DNA from: a virus
Taxonomy: Duplodnaviria; Caudoviricetes
Reading direction: 5' to 3' (one strand)
DNA: 60,103 nt
IMG/VR virus record: IMGVR_UViG_3300027573_000033
Span: 1 to 60,103 of that record
Positions 8,574 through 15,889 of this stretch are shown piece by piece (the first letter of the stretch is position 1; each line of letters starts with the position of its first letter). The notes beneath the pieces were generated by a model that saw only the letters and a list, made by a program, of their open reading frames with translations, did not search any database and was not told the origin of the DNA. Position numbers and translations under genes: made by a program.

Positions 8574-9986
8574 TCAGAACCCCACGACCTTCGCCAGCTT
8601 GGCGGAGTGGGTCGCCTTTAGCACGCGGTACCTGATCACGTCCCAGAGGTGGTCCTCCCCGGCCGTGTCGATGTCCTCCTCGTCCTTATCGTCCCGCTCG
8701 AGGTTCGGCACCGTGCGGATGGTGTGATAGCACGTGTTGAACACGTAGTACCCCGGCTGGTCCACGCCCTTCCGGGCGGCGTCCAGGCGCTGTCTCATGA
8801 CCGCGCACCCGAGCACCCGGCTCCCCGGCGACTTATCCGCCTTCGTGAACGTGATCCCCTCCTTCGCCATGTCGTCCGCGATCGACGGGTGGCCCGGCAC
8901 CTTGGAGAATATCGAGTTATCCGCCGGCCCGCTCATCGCCCGGCCGAACAGCCCCTCGTCCACCTCCGTCATCCTGATCCGGCGCGCCTGCTCGCGCGCC
9001 GCCAGCCTGAGCCCCTCGTGCCTCTTGTTCGCCAGGTACAGCTCGGCGCACTGCACGATCGTCCCCCTCGGGAACCATATCGCCCGGCCGTCCCCGGTGA
9101 CGTGCTCCTCGCCGTCGCTCTCCGCGAACCAGCATGCTGCGGCCGGCGCGGACGACCCGTAGTCGTACCCCCTATCGACCTTCCACGTGTGCGGGATCTC
9201 GAACGGCTCGATCACGTGGAACTTCGGCTCCCAGACGTCGCTGAACATGCCGCCGCTGATGAGCCCCCAGTCCCCGTTCAGCATCGCCTCGACCAGGGCG
9301 CCCGACCCCAGGCCCTTGACGCGCTGGGCGTACTCCGGGTCGTTCTGCAGGAGCACCTTGTTATCGTGCAACTTCGCCCCGACGTACTCCCGGAGCATCC
9401 CGCCCTCGTCCTCGGGCGCCCGGAACGTGTTCCCCTGCCCGTGATCCACCCACCCGGACTTGAAGAAGTGATGCCCCACGCCCCCGGGGTTCGCCGTGTA
9501 CAGTATCCGCGGGAACAGCCCCCTCCACTTATCCGGCACCTTCAGGGAGCCGAGCCGGACGCGAGATCGGAGGAACCTGACCATATCCGGGGTGAAGTGC
9601 GTCGCCTCGTCGATGCAGAGGAGCCCGATCTGCGCCCCCTGGTGCTGGTATATGTCGCTCTCGTACTGCGAGTGCGCCAGCTGGATCCTGGAGCCGTTCC
9701 AGAAGTTGAACGAGTTATCGCTCTTGCTGTACGTGACGTCCCCGGAGTCCAGGAGCGAGTGCAGCATCTCGAGGTAGCCGCCCGGCGTATATATGTGATT
9801 CGCCAGGACCTCCTTGAACGTCCTCCGGAACAGGTACGTGATCAGCCCCGGGATCTCCGCGCTGAAAACGATCGAGGCGACGCGCACCAGGTAGCTCTTG
9901 CCCCCGCCCAGCGCTCCGCCGTACAGGATCTCGGTCGCCGGGGTCATCAGGGCCCGCCGCTGCTGCGGGTACAGGCTGAACTCCAA
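8574..9986 (-). CDS. terL: Terminase large subunit
   Basis: Walker A YGGALGGGKS, Walker B LCIDEAT, TANPGG coupling motif, C-terminal nuclease GYDYG...EDHLWD. Confidence 0.95.
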   Translation of the reverse strand: MEFSLYPQQRRALMTPATEILYGGALGGGKSYLVRVASIVFSAEIPGLITYLFRRTFKEVLANHIYTPGGYLEMLHSLLDSGDVTYSKSDNSFNFWNGSRIQLAHSQYESDIYQHQGAQIGLLCIDEATHFTPDMVRFLRSRVRLGSLKVPDKWRGLFPRILYTANPGGVGHHFFKSGWVDHGQGNTFRAPEDEGGMLREYVGAKLHDNKVLLQNDPEYAQRVKGLGSGALVEAMLNGDWGLISGGMFSDVWEPKFHVIEPFEIPHTWKVDRGYDYGSSAPAAACWFAESDGEEHVTGDGRAIWFPRGTIVQCAELYLANKRHEGLRLAAREQARRIRMTEVDEGLFGRAMSGPADNSIFSKVPGHPSIADDMAKEGITFTKADKSPGSRVLGCAVMRQRLDAARKGVDQPGYYVFNTCYHTIRTVPNLERDDKDEEDIDTAGEDHLWDVIRYRVLKATHSAKLAKVVGF

Positions 9987-9993
9987 GTGTGAC

Positions 9994-10674
9994 CTACGTC
10001 GCCGTCACGCCGTCGTTCGTCACCACCCGCCACTTGCCGCCCGCGAACACCAGCAGGAGGGCGTCGGCGCCGTTGAACGCGTAGTTCGTGGCGGCGATAT
10101 TCGCCCCCGTCAGGTTCACCGTCCCGGAGCCGGCCATCACGATCAGCTTCATCTGGCCCTCGACGCCGTCCGTCAGGTACGCCACCTCCGTCGTCGAGCC
10201 CGGCAGGTTCATCACCGTGACCATCGTGTCCAGGCCGATCAGCCTCGGGCTCCCGCCCGTCGGCTGGGTGACGACCACGGTGGCGTGGGTCGACGACAGC
10301 AGCTTGTCGTTATCGTCGTAGCTGTACGCGTCGCTCGTCGACGTGACGGCCGTGTTCGTGTCCGTCTTCGTGTAGGTCGCGTACGACACCCGGGCGTCGG
10401 TGCACGCGTTCAGCTTCGTGATCAGCGCGTCGAGGGACAGCGAGAGCGAGCCGCCGACGTCGAACTGCAGCTCGCCCGTCGCCCCGGACGCCATGCAGGT
10501 GAACGTCACCCCGTTCACGGTGACCGTGTCCCCCGCGATGATCGCCCCGGTGAACACGATCTTGCCGACGGCCAATACACCCATCTTCGTCCGGGTCTCC
10601 GGGCGGCCGTGGATGCCCGCGCGAACCGCCTGCGCGACGTAGGAGAGATGCGAAGACTCGACGTAGCTGCCCAT
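9994..10674 (-). CDS. Putative virion structural protein between terS and terL
   Basis: Gly/Thr-rich beta-strand protein (AGDTVTVNGVTFT, DG.EGQ.K.I). Confidence 0.55.
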   Translation of the reverse strand: MGSYVESSHLSYVAQAVRAGIHGRPETRTKMGVLAVGKIVFTGAIIAGDTVTVNGVTFTCMASGATGELQFDVGGSLSLSLDALITKLNACTDARVSYATYTKTDTNTAVTSTSDAYSYDDNDKLLSSTHATVVVTQPTGGSPRLIGLDTMVTVMNLPGSTTEVAYLTDGVEGQMKLIVMAGSGTVNLTGANIAATNYAFNGADALLLVFAGGKWRVVTNDGVTAT

Positions 10675-10678
10675 GGTT

Positions 10679-11050
10679 TTACCTCTCAGTCGGAACTGCC
10701 GTTATGTCGATGACGTTAGCGAGTCGGGCCCCGCCCGGCTGCGCCATTTCGGGGATGGCCGGCGGATCGGATTCGCCGTCCTCCCTCACCTCCCTGAAGA
10801 GCGAGACCTCGATGGTCCGGCGCTCCCTCAGGTTATCCTTGATCTCTATCGCCTTGAGCTCCGGCTCGACGTACTTGAGGACGGTGGCGTGGGCGCGAAG
10901 GGCGAGCTCGCTGTCCTGAGCGTCCTCCGCCGCGTGGGCGATGCGCGCGATTGATACGATGGGGTGGTACTCGGGGTGCTGGCGACGCAGCATGTCGAGG
11001 AGGCGCTCCCCGTTATGCTTGAACACCCTTTCGATGACCGGCTGTGACAT
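10679..11050 (-). CDS. terS: Terminase small subunit (putative)
   Basis: 123 aa upstream of terL; C-terminal KYVEPELKAIE motif typical of small terminases; has its own promoter. Confidence 0.65.
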   Translation of the reverse strand: MSQPVIERVFKHNGERLLDMLRRQHPEYHPIVSIARIAHAAEDAQDSELALRAHATVLKYVEPELKAIEIKDNLRERRTIEVSLFREVREDGESDPPAIPEMAQPGGARLANVIDITAVPTER

Positions 11051-11059
11051 CGTAAGACG

Positions 11060-11090
11060 ATTATAACACGTTCTTTACTACCTGTGTTAA
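11060..11090 (-). promoter_or_regulatory. Sigma70-like promoter of the packaging operon
   Basis: TGT-TATAAT extended -10 at 11065-11060, TTAACA upstream, ATG 9 nt downstream. Confidence 0.55.
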
Positions 11091-11120
11091 CAACGATCCT
11101 GGATCCATGATTAGGGGCAT

Positions 11121-11192
11121 ACTTCATAAGTTGTTGTTTTATATAGGTATTTATAGCGCACCTAGGGAGTTCAAAAAGTAAGTTCATATATG
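11121..11192 (-). repeat. 72-bp dispersed element, copy A, with IHF-like site
   Basis: Aligns without gaps to 24789-24860 and 36571-36642; ends AAACAACAACTTATGAAGT. Confidence 0.75.
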
Positions 11193-11456
11193 GATACTAG
11201 CTAGGCTGGCCGGAACTGACCTGCCATCAGTAGGAGCGCTCCGGTGCGCATAGTGTGTCATACCCTACTGTTAGTTCTGACAGTTCTTGGGAGGACGTAA
11301 CACGCATCAAGCCCCAAGCACTACGCCCGACGCATTTCGCCCCCTCGGCCGACGGGCCAGGCAGTTGCACACAAAGTCGTCCCCGTCGAAAAAATGCCCC
11401 CGGAACTGGGTCGTATACCACCCAGGATAAGGGCCCCATGCATCGATCGTTTCGTG

Positions 11457-11476
11457 TGAGAATGATTATCATTTCT
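11457..11476. promoter_or_regulatory. Fur box, left
   Basis: TGAGAAT-G-ATTATCA is 13/14 to the 7-1-7 Fur inverted repeat TGATAAT-N-ATTATCA. Confidence 0.7.
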
Positions 11477-11693
11477 AATAGTACATTATTTTAGTCAAGT
11501 ATATGGGTTTATAATAATAGTACATTATTTTAGTCAAGTATTTACGTTTACGTAATAGTACATTATTTTAGTCAAGTATTTATGTTTACATAATAGTACA
11601 TTATTTTAGTCAAGTATTTATGTTTACATAATAGTACATTATTTTAGTCAAGTATTTATGTTTACATAATAGTACATTATTTTAGTCAAGTAT
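11476..11693. repeat. Six tandem 38-39-bp units, each with an IscR/Rrf2-type operator
   Basis: Invariant 27-bp core TAATAGTACATTATTTTAGTCAAGTAT at 11476, 11515, 11553, 11591, 11629 and 11667. Its 25-mer matches ATASYYGACTRWWWYAGTCRRSTAT at 22/25. Confidence 0.85.
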
Positions 11694-11714
11694 ATTGATT
11701 TACTTATTACTAAT

Positions 11715-11734
11715 GAGAATGATAATCATTATCA
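11715..11734. promoter_or_regulatory. Fur box, right
   Basis: GAGAATGATAATCATTATC is 18/19 to GATAATGATAATCATTATC; perfect TGATAAT-C-ATTATCA at 11720-11734. Confidence 0.85.
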
Positions 11735-11746
11735 TCGATCGATAAA

Positions 11747-11777
11747 ATAATAGCTGACTAAATTAGTCAGCTATTAT
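11747..11777. promoter_or_regulatory. Perfect palindrome equal to the IscR type-1 consensus; may double as terminator of the 51-aa ORF
   Basis: ATAGCTGACTAAATTAGTCAGCTAT (11750-11774) matches ATASYYGACTRWWWYAGTCRRSTAT at 25/25; 15-bp arms. Confidence 0.8.
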
Positions 11778-11802
11778 GTAAATGAATTTATGTGATATGG
11801 TA

Positions 11803-11958
11803 TTATGAATACATTATACCATATATGATTCGAGAATCGATGATATTTTCGATTTCGTTTAAGTGTTCTTGTGCGATACTGGCTTGTTCGTGTGTGTCGT
11901 ACTTTTCGATTTCGAGTTGATCGGAATCTGATGTGATGAAAATTAAAAAGTATTTCAT
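11803..11958 (-). CDS. 51-aa acidic protein in the AT-rich island
   Basis: MKYFLIFITSDSDQLEIEKYDTHEQASIAQEHLNEIENIIDSRIIYGIMYS; promoter upstream and hairpin downstream. Confidence 0.6.
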   Translation of the reverse strand: MKYFLIFITSDSDQLEIEKYDTHEQASIAQEHLNEIENIIDSRIIYGIMYS

Positions 11959-11999
11959 GATATGATATGTGTTTTATGTGACAAGATTGTCACATTACG

Positions 12000-12094
12000 A
12001 TTATATCACGAAAATCATAAAATCGTAAATACTTTATAGTTATATCGCATATAACGAAAAAGTATTTTACATTTCCGCGAATTTACGATATTAT
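12000..12094. promoter_or_regulatory. Divergent sigma70 promoters flanking an interrupted palindrome
   Basis: Minus strand TTTACG-N18-TATAAT (12029-12000); plus strand TTTACA-N17-TATTAT (12066-12094); AATACTTT...GTTATAT-CGC-ATATAAC...AAAGTATT at 12028-12066. Confidence 0.55.
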
Positions 12095-12173
12095 CCGAGC
12101 GACAGTTTCGCATTTCTAAAAATATGTAAATATGAATATAGTAATTTTCGCATTTCTAAAAACGTTATTTTTC

Positions 12174-12232
12174 GTTACAATTTGTTACACTTAAAATGTG
12201 TACATTTTTTTAATTTTGCATTATTATATAAT
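12174..12232 (+). promoter_or_regulatory. Promoter of HTH paralogue 1 with a GTTACA-N4-GTTACA direct repeat
   Basis: TGTACA-N17-TATTAT; same upstream layout as 13521-13574. Confidence 0.6.
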
Positions 12233-12384
12233 TGTGAATTAAATAAATAAGCTTAAATAAATGTTTAATTCATAATTGGCAAAGTTGCTCTTTAAAAACT
12301 TGGAACAAATTTTTCCGCCGGAAATTTCCGTGCCAGGAATAGTTTTTTCCGCGGAAAAAAGCGTTCCTAAATAGCGAGGTAAAT

Positions 12385-12729
12385 ATGAATACCGAAAGCA
12401 CCGTTCAGGAACTGGCAGTAAAGGTCGAAGGCATGATCGAAGGTCTGCCGGAGAGCGCAAAGGTACACGAACTGACCGCGAAGTTGAACGAGGTCATCGC
12501 GCACCTGAACAAGATGCCGAAGGCAAGGGATCGTGGGCCGGAGAGCTCGCGGACGATGGTCGAGGAAGACGCCAAGAGGATCTGCCTCGGGGATCTCGCA
12601 ACTCTCAGTCACACGAAGGCCGCCGAGGCGTTGGGACTCAGCTACGGACAGGTTTACTCGGCCCGTAAGGGGTTCACGTTCAAGGCAGTCTACAAGGAGG
12701 CAGTGAAGGCCGGAAAGATCAGGGACTGA
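12385..12729 (+). CDS. HTH DNA-binding protein, paralogue 1
   Basis: GAGG RBS; LSHTKAAEALGLSYGQVYSARKGFTF helix-turn-helix pattern. Confidence 0.75.
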   Translation: MNTESTVQELAVKVEGMIEGLPESAKVHELTAKLNEVIAHLNKMPKARDRGPESSRTMVEEDAKRICLGDLATLSHTKAAEALGLSYGQVYSARKGFTFKAVYKEAVKAGKIRD

Positions 12730-12741
12730 GAGGTCTCGGAG

Positions 12742-12763
12742 GAAACCCCCGCGAGGGGGTTTC
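12742..12763 (+). terminator. Hairpin/terminator with GNRA loop
   Basis: GAAACCCCC-GCGA-GGGGGTTTC. Confidence 0.55.
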
Positions 12764-12798
12764 TCCCCGGACTTCGGGGACAACGCAACGAGGGAACT

Positions 12799-12981
12799 AT
12801 GTACATCGGAAGAGGCACGAAGCGCGCCTACCGGGAGTGGCTGAGGGACATGGTCATGGACTCGGTCGGCAACGAGGAGCGGTCGGTCACGACCGCGGTC
12901 CTGGAGAAGCTCAAGAGGAACACCCGCCCGGCATCGCCGGACCGCGAGGACCTGAGGCCCTGGAGGACGAGCAATGAATGA
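12799..12981 (+). CDS. Hypothetical protein
   Basis: 60 aa, GAGGG RBS, overlaps the next ORF. Confidence 0.55.
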   Translation: MYIGRGTKRAYREWLRDMVMDSVGNEERSVTTAVLEKLKRNTRPASPDREDLRPWRTSNE

Positions 12982-13174
12982 CCATGACAGCTGGCCGAGG
13001 TGCGTGTGCGGACACATCGCGCAGGCGCACAATGTGCGACGCGGCGAGGAGCCGCGGAACTACGGTTGCGATCAGTGTCAGTGTCCCGGATACCGCTACC
13101 CGGATCATACGGACCCCGAGCTGATCGCCAGGCTCGAGGCCCGGAGGAATAGGGCGCTAGGGATCGAGTCATGA
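12974..13174 (+). CDS. Small Cys/His zinc-binding protein
   Basis: CVCGH...H...C..C.C pattern. Confidence 0.65.
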   Translation: MNDHDSWPRCVCGHIAQAHNVRRGEEPRNYGCDQCQCPGYRYPDHTDPELIARLEARRNRALGIES

Positions 13175-13308
13175 TCCACCTACACTGTGGCAAGAGGCTC
13201 GAGTACTGGTACGGGCGACACACCGACGGGCGACTGAAATTCCACGCCTGGCGATGCACGGTATGTCGGAAGATTTTTAAGCAAAAGGTCCGTCTACCAA
13301 AGAAGTAA
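13171..13308 (+). CDS. 45-aa zinc-ribbon protein
   Basis: Manual translation MIHLHCGKRLEYWYGRHTDGRLKFHAWRCTVCRKIFKQKVRLPKK; ATGA overlap. Confidence 0.6.
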   Translation: MIHLHCGKRLEYWYGRHTDGRLKFHAWRCTVCRKIFKQKVRLPKK

Positions 13309-13520
13309 GGACCGTAGGGACCGTGGGGCGAGGGGCCGAAGCCCCTCGCCCGAAGGGCCCTAATTTTCGGAAGACCCATCCGCCAGGGCGGACCGCCCCT
13401 GCGCGCTCGCCGGGGGCCGAGGCCCTTGGGCCGAGGCCCGCCCGCCCGTTGGTCCACGGCCCCGCGCAGGCCGTCCCCCCCTTAATCCCCCCCACGCAGG
13501 CCCGCCCCCGTTGGTTCATC

Positions 13521-13574
13521 GTTACAATGTGTTACACTTTTTTAGTGTACATCCCGACTAGGGGAGTATATAAT
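13521..13574 (+). promoter_or_regulatory. Promoter of HTH paralogue 2
   Basis: GTTACA-N4-GTTACA, then TGTACA-N17-TATAAT (13546-13574). Confidence 0.7.
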
Positions 13575-13623
13575 TAAAAATGTGAGCAGGCAATCCCGCC
13601 TCTCACGAAACGAGGAGTTCAGA

Positions 13624-13944
13624 ATGGACCACACCACGGAAATCGCCGAATCCCCCGCCCTCAAGGCCCTCGACCCCCACGCGAAGCTGCCGGAGGTCGT
13701 GGCGGCCCTGAACGCGGTCATCGCGCGGCTCAACGCCCGCCGCGACCGCGGGCCCGAGTCCACCCGGGTCATGACGGAGGCCGACGCCAGGGCGATCAGC
13801 CTGGGCGAGCAGCGGGCCCTGTCCCACACGAAGGCGGCCGAGGCCCTGGGGCTCTCCTACGGGCAGGTCTACTCGGCCCGCAAGGGGTTCACCTTCAAGG
13901 CCGTGTACAAGGAGGCCGTGAAGGCGGGCCTCACCAAGGAGTAG
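13624..13944 (+). CDS. HTH DNA-binding protein, paralogue 2
   Basis: GAGGAG RBS; 37 C-terminal residues identical to paralogue 1. Confidence 0.75.
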   Translation: MDHTTEIAESPALKALDPHAKLPEVVAALNAVIARLNARRDRGPESTRVMTEADARAISLGEQRALSHTKAAEALGLSYGQVYSARKGFTFKAVYKEAVKAGLTKE

Positions 13945-13951
13945 CCTAGTC

Positions 13952-14001
13952 AGGAGGGCCCGCCTCGAGGCGGGCCCCCCGAGCGAGGCCCCTCCTTTTT
14001 T
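13952..14001 (+). terminator. Rho-independent terminator
   Basis: GGGCCCGCC-TCGA-GGCGGGCCC inside AGGAGGG...CCCTCCT, followed by T6. Confidence 0.6.
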
Positions 14002-14269
14002 CGCCCCCAAGGCCGGCGAGGGCCGCCCCTGCGCGCCCGCCGGGGCGTCGGGGCCTCGGGCGTGGGCCCGCTGTGGCCCGCGGGAGCCCGTTGGCATCGT
14101 AGCCCGACGCCCCACGGCCGACGGGCCGTTGGGCAAGGGCCCGCCGGAGCCCGCGGGGGCCCGTTGGCATCCGCAGGGGAAGACCGGCGGCCGGAGGGCG
14201 AAATTTTTGACACACCGCGCGTCGGCCCCATGCACATCGCAGCGGGCCAGGTTCCGACCTTTCAGTGGA

Positions 14270-14812
14270 TCAACAAAAGTTACGAACACCTTTCCCCAAT
14301 TAGAATAGTTTTTAAAACGATTAACAGTTACGAACACAACTGAATTTACACTGGCTACCTTATATAAGCTACCCTTACGACTAAATAATTTCCCAACTAG
14401 ATATACTAGAATAAAAAGTATATAAACCCCTATATATATTATTTTTATAACAGTGCTCCGTTTAACATCTTTAGTATTTACCCCAATATAGAGTTGTTAC
14501 TAGAATATCTAGTTGATTCTAATATTAATCAAAGGCTACCTTATATAAGCTACCCAATGTTCACCCAAAACGAGCGGAGTATGCTCCCTGAAATAGAGGC
14601 AATCTTCGCTTCGCGTCGTTTTTTGCTACCTTAAGTGCCCAAAGCTGTCTAAAGTCTCTAGTTCAACTTCGCGAGGCAAATCGGCTTTTCTCCAACTAGA
14701 GCTACTAGACACCTTTTGGCACTCAAGGTACACCCTGCGTATCTAATTGAAGTAGCCCCCACACTAACATTTAGGGCATTCTTGAGTCTCTAGTTGACAT
14801 AGTTACGAACAC
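14270..14812. repeat. Second AT-rich non-coding island with direct and inverted repeats (candidate origin)
   Basis: GGCTACCTTATATAAGCTACCC x2 (14353, 14534); CAACTAGA-N4-CTAG-like 16-mers x5 in both orientations; GTTACGAACAC x3. Confidence 0.55.
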
Positions 14813-14861
14813 CTTCGGGCGACGGCCGTCCTACCGCCCCAACGCCCTATGCCCATCGAGC

Positions 14862-14890
14862 AAAAAAAGGGGCGCCTGTAACGGCGCCCC
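14862..14890 (-). terminator. Rho-independent terminator of the leftward early genes
   Basis: GGGGCGCC-N6-GGCGCCCC followed by T7 on the minus strand. Confidence 0.75.
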
Positions 14891-14910
14891 AAGGCCAACA
14901 GCGAGGTGTT

Positions 14911-15360
14911 CTACATGACTACGAGCGAGGCCTCGACGGTCTCATCGCCCCAGTCGGTGTTTCCCGGGTGTCCGATTATTACGGCCCCGTCATCCCTGAC
15001 CCGCACTTCGGCCGGCCCGTGCCCGAGCGTGCCGCAATACTCCCTGATCTCCTGAATCATGCTGGCCAGCGTGGGGCCTCGCATGCCCGGCGGGTGGCCT
15101 GGGGTCCACTCGTGAATGATCGTCTCATGCCCACTGAGCGACGGGTCTAGGTTGACCAGGATCGCGGAGATGGCCTCCCTGCGATCGAGCCCGAACCTCC
15201 TGACGTACGGGTCCGGCTCGGCCGACTCCTCGCCGGCCTCGAAAGCCTCGTTGAGCATGTCCACGAACGAGTCGGCGTCATCGATGCCCTCTACCGGGGC
15301 GGGCTGGGCGATGCTCGGCCCCTCGATGTAGCCCCTCACGATGCTGTACGGTCTTGTCAT
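14911..15360 (-). CDS. Hypothetical early protein
   Basis: 149 aa, GGGAG RBS. Confidence 0.65.
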   Translation of the reverse strand: MTRPYSIVRGYIEGPSIAQPAPVEGIDDADSFVDMLNEAFEAGEESAEPDPYVRRFGLDRREAISAILVNLDPSLSGHETIIHEWTPGHPPGMRGPTLASMIQEIREYCGTLGHGPAEVRVRDDGAVIIGHPGNTDWGDETVEASLVVM

Positions 15361-15518
15361 GTCTGCTCCCTAGTAGTGGAGGTAGACCATGCACGCCCAC
15401 CAGGCGTGCTTGTGCGGGTGTCCCCACCACACCTTGAAGTACGGGTCGGTGGGGTGCCTGTGGTGCTCGAAGCCGAACCACGAGCTGCGATACCTCCGGT
15501 AGATCGATATCGGGTGCA

Positions 15519-15800
15519 TCACGACCGCCAGCTGCGCACGAGTTCGGCGGCGTCCCGCGTGGGGGCGTCGAGCACGGAGCAGTACCCGTAGATGCCGTTG
15601 TCGTAGGCGGCCATGACCACGTCGGCCAGATGGCTGGGGCTATCGATGCGCGTGTTGAGCGTGGGGATGAGCCCCTGGATGTCACGGGTGGTATCATTGA
15701 AGCGGATGCCGTCGGGCGCCGTCTCGGCCACGATAACCTGACCCTCTGCTGCGTACATGCGGCCCGTGTTGAACTGGACCCGACATCTGCGATTCGTCAT
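15519..15800 (-). CDS. Hypothetical early protein
   Basis: Start MTNRRC after GAGG RBS; FNTGR.Y...GQ.I.A motif; directly downstream of a promoter. Confidence 0.7.
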   Translation of the reverse strand: MTNRRCRVQFNTGRMYAAEGQVIVAETAPDGIRFNDTTRDIQGLIPTLNTRIDSPSHLADVVMAAYDNGIYGYCSVLDAPTRDAAELVRSWRS

Positions 15801-15842
15801 TTGTTCCTCGCTGGTTGAGTGCGCGTAATTTCGCACATTCTT

Positions 15843-15882
15843 ATTATATCACACCCGAGCTAGGATGTACACACCCTAATTC
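15843..15882 (-). promoter_or_regulatory. Repeated early promoter-operator
   Basis: GAATTAGGGTG-TGTACA-TCCTAGCTCGGGTGTGA-TATAAT. Confidence 0.8.
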
Positions 15883-15889
15883 TCTGCCA

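Noticed and set aside
11476-11693. CRISPR or mini-CRISPR array
   Set aside because: The intervening sequences are only 11-12 bp and nearly identical (TTATGTTTACA), so they are not unique spacers; there is no cas operon.
11976-11995. CRP site
   Set aside because: The TGTGA and TCACA halves are 8 bp apart rather than 6.
14394-14515. NrdR boxes in the second AT island
   Set aside because: Partial resemblance only (CTAGATATA core, CCCCTATATATA); right half-sites do not fit and the other copies diverge, so they are treated as phage iterons.
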